A stretch of DNA of 64,000 nucleotides from Octopus sinensis. Lineage: Eukaryota. Where the stretch lies: contig NC_042998.1 of the NCBI RefSeq assembly GCF_006345805.1, positions 145,514,001-145,578,000 of the forward strand, written 5' to 3'. Each line of letters begins with the position of its first letter. The stretch's first letter is position 1. The notes beneath the pieces are model-generated. The model made no database searches, had not been told where the DNA came from, and was given only the letters and a program-made list of their open reading frames with translations. A program made the translations under genes and the position numbers. Shown piece after piece: positions 41,703-55,308 of the stretch.

Positions 41703-41741
<39 letters not shown>

Positions 41742-41755
41742 CATTATTATTATTA

Positions 41756-41816
<61 letters not shown>

Positions 41817-41819
<3 letters not shown>

Positions 41820-43416
41820 TAGTTTTATTTTTATAGCGTGCTTTCACTTCACTACCGAGCGCAGCTCTGTGTGCCTTAGGTATGTGCTGTGATTTGTTGT
41901 GATGCTCTGATGGTTATTGTATGGAAAGTGTTCTGCGTAGGATGAGTGCAGTGCCTAGTAGTGCAATTTTCTGTATGTTATATGTGTTTGTAAGTCCTGG
42001 TTTTTTGTTATGTATTTGTCTGAATATTTTTTTATCATGCCTAATGCACCAACTATGATAGGAATTGTTTCTGTTTTTAGATTCCACATTCTGGTTACCT
42101 CTATTTCTAGGTCTTTGTATTTTGAGAGTTTCTCCATTTCTTTTAGAGACACGTTGTCATCTCCCGGTATTGATACATCAATTAGAAAGCATTTTTTTTC
42201 TTCATGATCTCTGACAACTATATCTGGTCTGTTGGCCTTAATTTCTCTAACTGTGTGTATCGGCATATCCCAGAGTATGGTTGCTTTCCCGTTTTCTGTG
42301 ACCTTTTCTGTTGTGTGCCTATACCATCTTTTTTCTGTTGTTATTCCATAATGTTGGCATAGCTTCCAATGTATGTAGGTTCCAACTCTGTCATGTCTGT
42401 GAATATATTCCTTCTTAGCCAGGACTGGGCAGCTAGAGATAATATGATTTATTGTTTCTTGTCCATCTCCACATATTCTGCAGTTACTTGTTATATTTCT
42501 TTTCATTACATGTTTTTGGTAATTTCTGGTAGGGAGGCTTTGGTCTTGTGCTGCAATTAAAAATCCCTGTCTCTGCTTTGAGTCCTGAGCTTCTCAACCA
42601 TTGCTGGGATTTTTCTTTGTCTATTTCTTTTGCGTTTAGTTTAGTCCAGTATTTACCATCAAGGGGCTTTTCTTGCTACCATCGTTTTATCATGGTTCGT
42701 TGCTGTTCTATTTTTAGTTTGGATTTCATTTGTTTTATAGCTTTTGTTTCTTCTTCTTCTTCTTCTTCTTCTTCTTCTCCTTCTTCTTCTTCTTCTTCTT
42801 CTTCTTCTTCTTCTTCTTCTTCTTCTTCTTCTTCTTCTACTTCTTTTTCTTCTTCTTCTTCTTCTTTTTCGTCTTCTTCTTCATATTTATTAGGTGGTAT
42901 GATTTCTTGTTTGTATTTGTCAGCTTCCTTAAATACTGAGAACAGTTTTTTTGTTTTGCTCGTGTTTTGCCGCTATTTGTATCAGTTTTCCTTCCTTCTG
43001 AAGTAGATATTTTGCAGTCCTATGGTGGTTATTTTATAATAGTTTTCCAGCTGTATAATGCCTCTATCACCTTCTATACGTTGTATATATAGTCTTTCTA
43101 TATCAGATTTTGGGTGATGCATCCTAGATCCTGTCATTATTTTTCTTGTTTTCCTATCTATTTTGGTCAGTTCATTTAGTGTCCAGTTAAGGATATTGTA
43201 GCTGTAACTTATAACGGGGACAGCTAAAGTGTTAATACCTATTATCTTGTTTTTAGCATTGAGCTGTGTTTTTAGTATTGGTCTTACTCGTCTATAATAT
43301 TCTTTCTTTATTTTCTCTTTCATTTGTGTGTGTTGTGTCTTATCTAGTTCATGGATTCCTAAGTATTTGTAAGTTTGGCTTTGGTCTAATTTTTTTATTT
43401 CATTGGTTTTTATCTT
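41817..43416 (-). mobile_element. 5'-truncated R4/Dong-like RLE non-LTR retrotransposon (copy 1)
   Basis: YKYLG, NKIIGINTLAVPVISYS, HHPKSDIERLYI, CRICGDGQETINHIISSC (CCHC), RHD, NRPDIVV, LIDVSIP, KLSKYKDL, IPIIVGALG; frameshifted; (TAA)n on both sides. Confidence 0.9.
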
Positions 43417-43460
43417 TATTATTATTATTTATTATTATTATTATTATTTTTATTACCACC

Positions 43461-43543
<83 letters not shown>

Positions 43544-43587
43544 TATTATTATTATTATTATTATCATTATTATTATTATTATTATTA

Positions 43588-43795
43588 AGGCAGTGAGCTG
43601 ACAGAATCGTTAGCACGCTGGACAGACTACTTAGAGGTATTTCGCCCGTCGCAACGATCTGAGTTCAAATTCCGCTGAGGTCAACTTTACTTTTCAGCCT
43701 TTCGGGGTCGATAAATTAAGTACCAGTGAAACACGGGGATCTATATATTTGACTTAATCTCCTCCCCCAGCTTCCCTTGTGGCAAAAAATTGAAA

Positions 43796-43800
<5 letters not shown>
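43588..43800 (+). mobile_element. SINE family B within a (TTA)n array
   Basis: ggcagtgagctgacagaatcgttagcacg...gagttcaaattccgctgagg...ttgaaatcattattatt. Confidence 0.9.
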
Positions 43801-43831
<31 letters not shown>

Positions 43832-43832
<1 letters not shown>

Positions 43833-44499
43833 TTTTTTTTCTTCTTCTTTCAAATTTGCTTCCATTTCTTGCCGAGTGTCTTCCCGACTCCTAGGGCAAA
43901 GAAACTCATAGTATACATTGGTAGGTCATTAAACCAAACTCAGTAGTTCGTTCATTTTTTTTTTAAAGTTAAATTAAAATACATGAGCAGCAACAGTTCT
44001 CACATCGACAATGCTCTTCTCAATACGTGTGATGTACCAGTTAAGACAATCTTTTGCACTTCTTGCAGGGATGGTAAGCCAGGGATCATTCTCATATAAT
44101 TTTCGGTTCCCTTCTTGATCATTCCTAGTGCTCCTACGATCACTGGTATTGTAACCGCCTTGAGATGCCACATTTTCTCAATTTCAATGAGTAGGTCTTT
44201 ATATTTTCTGAGCTTGTCAAACTCTTTCGCTGAGATATTATGATCACAGGGGATGCTCATGTCGATCAATAAGCAAACTTTATTGTTTTGGTCTTTCACA
44301 ACAATATCTGGTTTATTGGCCTTGATGGTTCGGTCTGTATGTACTGGAAAGTCCCACAGAATGGTTACATTTTCTCCTTCAGTTACAGCCTCAGGGTGGT
44401 GATTATACCACTTGTCGGCAGTTTTGATATTGTAATGCCGACTTATTAGCCAGTGGAGATATTGGCCAACTCTGTCATGTCTTAATTTATACTCCATAC
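43832..44499 (-). mobile_element. 5'-truncated R4/Dong-like RLE retrotransposon (copy 2), intact endonuclease frame
   Basis: ORF 44000..44497: RHDRVGQYLHW...ILWDFPVHTDRTIKANKPDIVVKD...LIDMSIP...KYKDL...IPVIVGALG...GTSHVLRRALSM*; 3' UTR; (TAA)n flanks. Confidence 0.9.
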
Positions 44500-44525
44500 T
44501 TATTATTATTATTATTATTATTATT

Positions 44526-44767
44526 GAGGCGGTGAGCAGGTAGAATCGTTAGCACCCCGGGCAAAATGCTTAGCGGTATTTCGTCTGTCCTTACGTTCGG
44601 AGTTCATATTCCGCCGAGGTCGACTTTGCTTTCATCCTTTCGAGGTCAATAAAATAAGTACTATGTGATTGACTGTCCTCCTCTCCAGGAAATCCAGGTT
44701 TCGTGCCTATAGTTGAAAGGATTATTATTGTTGTCGTTTTTTGCAGTTATTGGTGGCACTATTTATC

Positions 44768-44808
<41 letters not shown>

Positions 44809-44940
44809 TAATAATAATAGTACTTTATTGCTTTTCTTTCTTTCGGGGTTGATGAAATAAGTACCAATCAAGCATTGGGGTCGATGTAATCGACTTACCA
44901 CGTTTCCCAAAATTGCCTGCCTTGAGCTACAATTTGAAAC

Positions 44941-44945
<5 letters not shown>
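44526..44945 (+). mobile_element. SINE family B full copy plus a 3' partial copy
   Basis: gaggcggtgagcaggtagaatcgttagc... and ttcggggttgatgaaataagtacc...tttgaaacc(att)n. Confidence 0.85.
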
Positions 44946-45022
<77 letters not shown>

Positions 45023-45023
45023 T

Positions 45024-46615
45024 AAGACGTTGCACAGTATCCAATATCGTGATATTGTTGATTGAATATATTGTTTCTACTGGGAGTTTGTACTGTCTGT
45101 CTGAGGACAGACAGTATTTTACAGAATATGTGTGAAGTTCCAAGTGATGCCGACTTTTGCAATATACCTAGACTGTAGGGTATTTCTAAACTTTCCAGAT
45201 GTTCTTTCAGGTTGGGTGGTATTGAATCCAATGCTCCGATGACAATAGAGAAACCTTTATGTTTGACTCTAGTAGCTGCCACATCTTAGCGATCTCAATT
45301 CACAGGTCTCCATATTTATCAATCTTTTCTTTTTCTTTCATGATAATATGTTGATCTCCTGGCACTGCCACATTGATTATCAGGCACTCTTGTTTGTTCC
45401 TCCTAAAGGTTACTATATCCGTCATTCGGTGCTCTAACACCTTGTCTGTCTGGAAGTCAAAGTTCCAGAGGATTTTTGCCTTCTCCTTTTCGTCCATTAC
45501 CTTTTCCAGTGAAGGTTTTGGGATACCTTGTGTCTCGCTTGTACTCTTTCTGCGCAAGATTTTCACAAGCACTAACAATGTGAGTCAGGCTTTCGACCCT
45601 CTCCCCACACATTCTGCCGAAGTTTGTTGCACTTGTGTGGTATATATTCTTTTTCACTTAGTTGGTATTCAATGCCTAATCTTGAGCAGCAATGATTAGG
45701 CTTTTAGTATTCGTTTTTACTGAGCCACCTCCATGATGCTTCCTGGTCTTTTAATTTATTAGTTTCACAGTGGAACTAACCACGTAATTCCATGCAGAGT
45801 AGGATTTCTCTCTCGTTGGATGTTCGTGATCGAAATTCATGAGCACTCTCAACTCCCTTTTTGATAAATCCTTCTGCATTAGCAGCATACTGTAGCAAGT
45901 CTTGTTTGCTGTTTACCAAATATTCTGCCATGTTTCTCCTTTTACTGTTGATGCACTCCCTTACGCAATCAGCCCACGTTCACCTTTACCCTTCTTCATG
46001 TAGAGCTTGTCTGCAGTCTCGACCAGTCTCTCCATTTCAGGCTCCGTTTTTGCGAACAGTTTTAAATCATCAATGAAGAGAAGGTGATTGAGACGAGGTC
46101 CATTGTTTCTCAGCTCATAGAACGCGTTGACTTTGCGTAGGACTACAGGAAGTGGGATCAAGGCTATAACAAATAATAAGGGTGAACAAGTGTCTCTCTA
46201 GAAGATATCTCTTTTGACTGTTACCTCGGTTAAATGCTGGTTATTACAGAAAAGACGTGTTTTCCAACTAGGTATGCTGTTCTTAACCAGTGCACACACG
46301 TTCTCAGCTATTCCACTTCCACATATGCAGAGTGTTTCCAAAACCCACGAACGCGGTAGCATGTCGTAAGCCTTTTTAAAATCTTGACCAGGTACAATGT
46401 TATTGTTACAGTTTACAGTTCTTCATTACAACCTTGTCTATCATAAGGTGGTCATTGGTACCCTTGGATCCTTTTCGGCATCCCTTTTATTCTACTGGAA
46501 GTAGACTGTTTTCCGCAAGGAACGTATATATTTTCCCTGCGAGGATGCCGGCCAACCCTTTCCATAGGTGGTTAAGACAAGCAATGGGTTGGTAATTGCC
46601 AACTCACTGCCCTTG
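45024..46615 (-). mobile_element. Older, internally deleted R4/Dong-like RLE retrotransposon (copy 3)
   Basis: NYQPIACL, KGCRKGSKG, DFKKAYDM, RDIF*RDTCSPLLFVIALIP, NHLLFIDDLKLFA (RT); CGERVESLTHIVSAC, ILWNFDFQTD, INVAVPGD, IVIGAL (CCHC/RLE); many stops and frameshifts. Confidence 0.88.
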
Positions 46616-48029
46616 ATTATTATTATTGTTGTTGTTGTTGATGATGATATTATTTTTACTTTTATTTACCGTTCGCGTCAGCAAAAGTTAAACTTTATGT
46701 ATTATTTGCTTATATTACATAACATCGGATAATTTTCTGCGGGCCGTCTTTTAATTGCTGTCAAATCTCATATCAACAATTGTGTGTGTGTGGGGGGGGG
46801 AGGTTCTACTTTAAAGATTCTGCTGGAATATGATGAAAACATTTGTGGTGGAGGGAAGGCACCTAGGAATGCGAACCGTCTCAACCGAAACGATATCAGA
46901 TATTGATTGCATTATTTATTCCTTAGTCTTTCAAGTGATCTGGGCGGAAAAGAACATGGAAGAGCGACAAGATATAATCAAGGAAAGCTATTTACTAAAG
47001 AAAATCAAATCATATTCTAAGAAAACGAATCCAAAACAAAACACACACACACATAGAAAATGTTTTATACACAATTTATACGTGTAATATTATACGTCCT
47101 AATAATAACCAATGAAAGAATATTCGAAAGTTCTCGAATTTCAGGTGTCGTGTTGATAACCGAGAAAACACAGATAAGAGCGAACTATTGAATTATTTTT
47201 CTTATCTTTACTCGTTAAAGAGCTTGTTGTTGTTGTTTTGTCGTCGTCATCGTTGTTGTTGTCTATGTTGTTGTCATCCTCATCGTTGGTGTTATTCTCA
47301 ATGTATACATATATTTACTTTTCTTTTTTTTTTGTATCTCTCTCATTTTTGGGTAGCAGCGTTCGTGTTGCTGTTTTTTCTTTCTTCCTTTCTGTTTTTT
47401 TTCTTTTATGTTACGATTATTGTTGAAGAAATGGAAGATGAAAAATCGATACTTGTCGAGAAATTCTTAAGAAGTGTTCTAAAATATTCGTGATGATATA
47501 GTTTTGCTTGAAGGAGATGAGATTTCTTCTTTATTTTCATATTCTGAAAATCTCTATTCATTTATTTATTTATTTATGTACTTATTTACTCATTTATTTA
47601 TATATTCGTAGATGTCTAACATTAATGAGTGATTCGACCATGTTAACAGAATGCCGGAGGGCAACTGACCAACAAGGTCGATAGATTCCAGTTCTGACAT
47701 TTCTGAACTCTTGGTCAAAATATTAAACTCTCAATGATCACAATACATCTATGAATTGTTACTATGAGTAGATGCAGCTCATTACTAAAGGTATCGGGAG
47801 TACTACATATTCAAAGAGTGCTACATTTGTTCGCGATGTGGAGTTTGAGCTTTGCTACGTAGGATGAACTGCGATCAGATTCATATACCTTCACATACAT
47901 TACATTTATATTAATAAATTAATCACCAGATTAATTAAATTAATGTAAATTCTTAGGCCGTAGAGGAAATTACATAATTCATAATGATTTCAAAAGTTTG
48001 AAATTTTATTGTGGAGAGACGGTCAGACG

Positions 48030-48625
48030 TTCACATAAACCCCCAGCGCTTGACGGTTATTTTGTTTTATCGACCCCAGAGAGATGAAAAACTTACTTGA
48101 CCTTGGCAAGATTTTAATTCAGAACGTAAAGAGCCGGAACAAATGTTGCAAGGCATTTTGTCCGGTGCTCTAACAATTCTATCCAACCACCGCTCTTAAT
48201 AAATATTTCTAATTTAAGCTAAGACTTTTGAGTGGGAGTAGTCGATACCATGAACCTCAGTACCAAACTGGTATTTCATTTTATCAATCCTCGGAGAAAT
48301 GAAAAATAAAGCTGACCTCAGCGAGATTTGAACTCAGGACGTAAAGGACCGGAACAAATATCGCAAAGCATTTTGTCCGACGTACTAACGAATCTATCAA
48401 TTCACTGCCCTTAATTAATAATAATTGTTCCTAATTATGTCAGAGTGTTGGGGGTTATATGAGTACATGAATTCCACTACTGGTAATTTATTTTATCGAC
48501 CCTGAAGAGATGAAAGACAAAGCTAACTGTAGTGAAATTTGAACTCAGAACATATATAAACGGAATAAATACAACGCATTTTGTTTGGCGCTCTACTGAT
48601 TCTGCTAATCCATTGCTTTATATTA
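48030..48625 (-). mobile_element. Three tandem family B SINE copies
   Basis: Repeated ttttatcgaccc...atgaaa...atttgaactcag...cattttgt...taa units. Confidence 0.8.
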
Positions 48626-48861
48626 ATAATTCTGGGTTCTGCATTAAAAGTAGAAAACGGCAATAGCGAAGACGATTTCATCAAACAATATTTGGAAATA
48701 CAAGCTTTTTTTTGTATTTTCTTTAGTAAATAATCTTTCATTTCATCATCTGTTATTAAGACTTCTAATATTACAGATATCCTGGTGTGTACGTATGTAT
48801 GTATGTATGTATGTATGTATGTATGTATGTATGTATGTATGTATGTATGTATGTATATATT

Positions 48862-48915
<54 letters not shown>

Positions 48916-49456
48916 TAACTTGTTCATAATTTCTTACATTATTGTCTGAGTTTTATTTTATATTGGAAATATTACCCAATAACCCTCTTTTTTATTTCAT
49001 TGCCTTCAACTTGATTATATTTCGACCATCTTCCATGTTATCTTTGCCTTGATTACACTTGGAAGATTTATCAATAACCGATGAAACTAATAACTATAAT
49101 ATCGTTGGGTTGTGATGACAACTGACACTTCTCATTCACTATGTCCTCAAAATAATCGAGAAAAATTTTATAAATGGAATATTTTAAACGTTCGAGAGTC
49201 ACTGCAATTAATTGAAAACCTGACCCAAAGAGAACTGTCACAAAATTTTAACGAAAGATCTGGTATGGTTACTGAGTTACTGATGCAATAATGCACATCA
49301 AAGAAATAGAAATTATTATCAATGCATAAACATGAAATATCAATATATTGAAGCCGAAATTTTTCTCCAGAAGTGATAAAAATGTGATTCTTCTAGCAGT
49401 AAACTGGTATTTAAAAGCATGAAAGTATAATTATGTATGTATGTATGCATGTATAT

Positions 49457-49523
<67 letters not shown>

Positions 49524-49583
49524 AAATATATATGAAACAGGATTTGTGGAAACGAGCGTAAAGATGCATTAAAATATTTATAA

Positions 49584-49648
<65 letters not shown>

Positions 49649-49657
49649 ATATATATA

Positions 49658-51990
49658 CTAGCAGAAACAACACCCATCATTGACTGAGTTGAAAGAAGCT
49701 GCCAAAATTGTACTATGAATATTGAAAGTTATTCAATTAGAGTGTATTAAACATATATAAGAAATGGTCGAAAACCATGCTGGGTATCACTCAACAAGTC
49801 GTTTTCGTAAAGAAATGTGATTAGTTTCTTTCTGACTACTTGTTCCATGAATTTGCTGATGTCTGAAGTCAGAGAGAGAGAGAGGGGCCTATAATTTTTG
49901 GCATCTACTCTACTTCAACCTTTATGGATTGGGCATATTATTCCCTCCTTCAGTTTGCACAGCAGCTTGCTATTTGCAAGAAAAGTGTCTGTAGTGCTTT
50001 TGCCAGGGCACGCTTGCATGATTGGAGGAGGATTGCTGGGAAATCAAGTTAAACCAAATTAAAAACAAATAACCTGCCTAAGGGACATAATTTTTATAAG
50101 ATTATTATATTTCTTCATTTTATATCAAAATACCTAGCTTCACAATAGAAACTGTAGAAAATCACTTTCGTTTTATTCCCTGCATACCTTCAGAATAGAA
50201 ACCATAACTTAGATTTCACTCCACCATTTTTCTTTTGTTATACGTATTCCACATCAGAATTTATGAGGTCAGCTATCATTTTCCTATCCCACTTCAGTAT
50301 ATTTGTACAACTTTTCATTTGAAATAGCCATTTTTTCTAAAGATAAAAGAAACAAATACGTTGGGGCACTCTTCTGTAGGTGTACCATATGTGTAATATA
50401 ACGACAATCGGAAAAGTTTACCCTGAGCCTCCGAGTCACAATGAATGTTTCTTTTTGAGGCTGCTTTTTCATGAAATAAGAGGACCGACTTCCTTCTCCT
50501 TCCTAAGAACGATTGATGATCGAACTGTTCGTACTTGTAGAGAAGTCTGTTTATCCTTAAATTTGTTAGATGACAATCAGTGGGATATTTGTTAGATGAC
50601 AATCAATGGCTGGGGTAAGCGAGGAATAAAAACATCTTCACCTTTTCCACAGCCAGAATTTATTGTCGCCTGTATGACATTTCTCATTAATTTCTTGACA
50701 AGTCTTGTGCCATTGCACAGCTTTGGTTGAGAAACGCTGCGCAGAAGCATGATTGGAGTGCTTATTTTCGAAGAGCTCCTGGTGGCTGCAGAGAGTTTAA
50801 GAACTCAACCGGGTGATTGACTATTTTCGATTCATTCACAACATGGTCTATAGATTTGTAAGTATGTTCGTTTCCTGGTAAAAGTTTCTCGAGTTTTTCA
50901 TTTAGATTATTTGCAGTAACGTTCTTTGGTGCCATGATTTGAAATACTTGGAAAAACTTTTTCAATAAGTTCCTCAACCGAGCTTGACAGATGATCCCCA
51001 CGCAAGTATGTCCTCATATTTGTAGAAAGCTTTAACATTTTGATATGTTTCCATAAAATAGAGGATTTCAAGCATGCTTTCAATCCATCCGCCTTTGTTC
51101 CCCTGGAAGTACTACTGTCATATCTCACATCAAACAAATGGAAGTGCACAAATCCTGCAGTATTCTGTTAACAGCTTCTACTGACATTTTATGGGACATT
51201 GTAGCTTCGTCTCATATGATCAAAGAACATTTCATGAGAACTTGAGCTAAAGAACTTTTACTGATATTGCAGACAGATTCATCATTTGAAGTTAAACTGA
51301 ATGGCAGCTTGAATACTGCGTGAGCTGTTCGACCTCCTGGGAGTAAAGTCGCAGCAATTCCAGAGCTCGCTAGAGTTAAGGATTTTCCTTTTTCTGTCGG
51401 ACTTTGGCTAGCACTAAATTTGTAACAAGAGTTTTTCCAGTTCTTCCTGGTGCGTCTAAAAAATATTATCCTCTTCTCTTATGTACCTTTTGGTCAATGA
51501 TTGTTGTACATGTAAGTTGTTGGTCTGGAAGAATTTTCGGGACATTTTCTTCAAGGAATCTTGTTAATGAATCAATATCATATGAAGTTTCTCGAAAAAT
51601 TCTGTGATCAAATTATTTACCTCATCTCGATGAGTTTCAAGTAAGCCAAACTTGCTGAGCCCCTCCCCTCCTAGTCAGACAACGTGATCTTCAATCGAAC
51701 AATGAAGAATTGTATATGTCAGGAAATCTTAATTGTGCTTGATATTTGTAGTCTTATGATAAATCATTCTTTATTATTTACTTCACATTTCAGAAGAATT
51801 TGCAAAAAGATCTCTCAAAGAAATAAGTGCGCGTGACACTGAAGACTCAGCCATTGTTCTATCCCACTGATTGTCATCTAACAAATTTAAGGATAAACAG
51901 ACTTCTTTACAAGTACGATCACTTCGATCATCAATTGTTCTTAAGAAGGAGAAGGAAGTCGGTCCTCTTATTTCATGAAGAAACAGCCTC
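49658..51990 (-). mobile_element. Decayed, rearranged Helitron (Rep-PIF1 helicase fragments, 3' hairpin + CTAG)
   Basis: Minus strand: LHEIRGPTSFSFLRTID...LLDDNQW, LDAPGRTGKT (Walker A), [67 protein letters not shown]. 3' end ...gatgggtgttgtttctgCTAG|T at 49658, within (TA)n. Confidence 0.85.
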
Positions 51991-52355
51991 ATGTGTGTAC
52001 ACACATACACACACACAAACACACACATATATATATATATATATAAATATAAGCTTTATCTTTTTTAAGCTTTCATTTCCTTAAACTGTAAAATACATCA
52101 TACATATAAAACATGTTAAAAGCAGGTAAATGCCTTCTAGGTTAATTTCAATTACATTTAAAAGTACAGTTTTGACTAAATGGCAAATTAAAGGGCGCAA
52201 ACACTGTTCGCAGAGACGAAATAATATTCATTTTGAAGTGTTGCCGTTGAAGCCAGTTTTAACGCCTAAATTTCGAAATAAAGGGATACTGTTAATATTA
52301 TACACACACATACAATACTCTTATTAATTTTTGAAGTCAATTTATTATTACATAA

Positions 52356-52412
52356 CATGTAGTACCTCGGTTTACGAACGCCTCGGATCACGAATAAATC
52401 GTGTCTTATCTG

Positions 52413-52473
<61 letters not shown>

Positions 52474-52478
52474 ATATA

Positions 52479-52558
<80 letters not shown>

Positions 52559-52632
52559 TAGATAGATAGATAGATAGATATAAATCACGATGTATTCGTG
52601 ATCAGAGTTGTTTGAAAACCGAGGTGCTACTG
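52356..52632. mobile_element. Tigger/pogo-like MITE with ~47-bp imperfect TIRs
   Basis: Left catgtagtacctcggtttacgaacgcctcggatcacgaataaatcgtg versus reverse complement of right cagtagcacctcggttttcaaacaactctgatcacgaatacatcgtg; TA follows the right TIR. Confidence 0.75.
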
Positions 52633-55235
52633 TATATCGAATAGTTTGATTTTGTCACCATTTTGTGCCCCATTTCCCGATCTCTGATCTCACCTGTCAC
52701 GTTTTCAAGCATTATACTATAAAATATCGCAGTTCTTCGTCAGTGGCGATGCTGGGGTATTTCCATGACGTCTATTTCAACATTACGTTCAGTATTAGGT
52801 GCAAGGGAGCATTTGAAAACGGTGCTCTCATCGGTGTCTCCTGTGCCATGTAGTTTCATCAAAGAGTATACAGAATAGGATTAACAAATGTTTTCTTTTA
52901 AATTGTTGATAGCGACCTATGGTAAATCCCTTATATTTTGAGTGGGGTGACATTGAAGTGCTATGACTCCTTGAAACTCAGGCTGAAGATGTCGGAAGGT
53001 TTAGAACTAAACAATGAGGATCAGTAGTATGTCCATGAAAGAAATCTAAATTTCATGCCATTGACTGTTAGCAGTTGATAAGTCCAGTAGTTATATTTAT
53101 TTTCTTAAATATGCCATTGGATTAGGTTCTCATCGAGAGAGCTTCACTGTGTTAGAGTTGAATTCGAGCTCATTATTAATATCTATGGAAAACTGCACCA
53201 ACTTTATAAAATCCCCACAGGTTCACAATGCGATAAATTATGCTTTGCTGTGGTACTTATTCACATTTTCACGATGGATGAGATATCAATCTCAAGTTTT
53301 TAGCTATTCGGTTAACGATCCAACTAACTGCAACTCTACAACAGCTGCAACAATAATTTTGATTAAAATCTCCGTTTATATTCCCTCATTACACTTCTCG
53401 TTAAACCACACATTCAAGACTTTGTGTAGTGTTAAACCAACTGCTGTAGTCTTGCGATTATTTATAAGCATATCTCTATTTTTTCACTCAGTATAGAAGC
53501 CATATTAATAATTAATTTATAACACTCGATGTAAGATATTGTGCTGCTAGCATCACATAAAAATTCAGTTTGTTTTTATATATTTCATATTTTATTTGCC
53601 TCCATTATCTGTTCCCGAGATGCAGGCTATTATGAATTGTCATCGAAGTATTTTTTTGAGTGGGTAATTTGTGTTTAGTGCCAGTAAAGTTAGAATATTG
53701 ACATTATTAATGAATTAATAGCATGTGAAGGTTAAGTTTAAATGGATGGATTACTTCAATATCCTATTTAGGCCCTCCTAAATATTTGTACATAATCTTT
53801 GACGTTCCTTCATTAAGTGAAAGGTTTGTATTATAGCGTCTATAGAATAATCTCTAATGTTTCCAGCTACGAATGCCTTGGGTGGAATTTTTGTGTCAAT
53901 AGCTTGTAGGAGATTTGCGTGAATGAAAGTACTACTCTATCGTGATACAAAGTTCACGTAATTAGCGTTTCATTCGAAGTGTTTTGTAAATAACATTGTA
54001 ACTAACTTTATGTGAAATATTGATTTCTTCCATAGGCACAAGGTCTCTAAGTTATCGGCATATATAAACAACTTCATTTACAGTGATAAATTATATTAAT
54101 ATGTAGTGCGTGATGACGGTAATTCCGTCACCTACTGGGTTCTTAGGACGCCATTGAAATGTAACCATAGCAATCCATCATCCTTCAGCTATAATCCATC
54201 TCCAACCTTCTCCAACAGTAATCAGGAAGACCTCAACACTGCACTCCAACGAAACACCCGTCAACCATACAGTATTCTCATTAGGGTATTGTGCTGATGA
54301 TAGCAAGATCGTAGTTTCATTCCTAAAACCAGCGGCACATTGGGTTTTTGAGTAAAACTCATTTCCCGTTGCTCTGCGATCACTTCGACGTTTGATGTGT
54401 GGCACACCGTGGACCTGTATTGGCAATGTCAATTTGATGGAGTGAGGTAGCTAATGTGCAGCACAAGCATGTGATCACTATAAACGAATTACAGAACACT
54501 AATCTGCCATCTACAACAAGAGACATCAAGTTATTCTCATTAGGTATCATAGTATATATTGACAGTTGGTCTGAAATCGCAAAGCGCACTTAGCGAATAT
54601 AAAATGTCAGCTTTCGCTCAAGCCGCCCTGTATTTCGGTCAAGTCTTAATACAAACAAGTATTTTATAAAGTAAACGTGACCATCGTTTAATAAAACAAA
54701 TGTCAGAAGTTTTAGTCTTTTATAAGTAGTAAAAGAAATAATTCAGAAAATGTGAACTTCAGTAAAGGTATATTAAATCACTATGTTGTACGTGTCCCGT
54801 ACTGGTGCTAATGGCTACAGTGTGGAGTAGTGTAGTATGGTTGTTGAAGCAGAGATTGTGAATAATAATGATAACAACAACAGCAACAACAACAACAACA
54901 ACAATAATAATAATAATAATAATAATCTTATAATAATTCTGCTTGTCATTACGTTACTTCGCCCGTCGGTAACGCTTTCACGTGATTAGAGAAAAAGAGG
55001 GAGAAAGGAACAAGGCAGAGTGAAAAAGAGGATGAGGTGACGAGTGAGGCAGAAAGAGAGAAAAAGAAAAAGAGGGAGAGAGAGAGAAGAGGGAGAGAAA
55101 AGCGTCCATGACCTGTGGTAGGAGGAACGTAATATTTGTAACGTGATTAAGAATGTTAATTGAAGGTAGTGATATAGAGGAAAGTTAGGAATATAATTTT
55201 AGCAGAGAGGTGATGTTTTGATGGTGAGGTTAAAG

Positions 55236-55308
<73 letters not shown>

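Noticed and set aside
44000-44497. Intact 165-aa ORF as a possible domesticated nuclease gene
   Set aside because: It is the 3' end of a 5'-truncated LINE starting directly at a microsatellite; intactness is explained by young age.
54443-54465. TGAGGTAG (let-7 5' end)
   Set aside because: The match ends after 8 nt and no precursor hairpin is evident.
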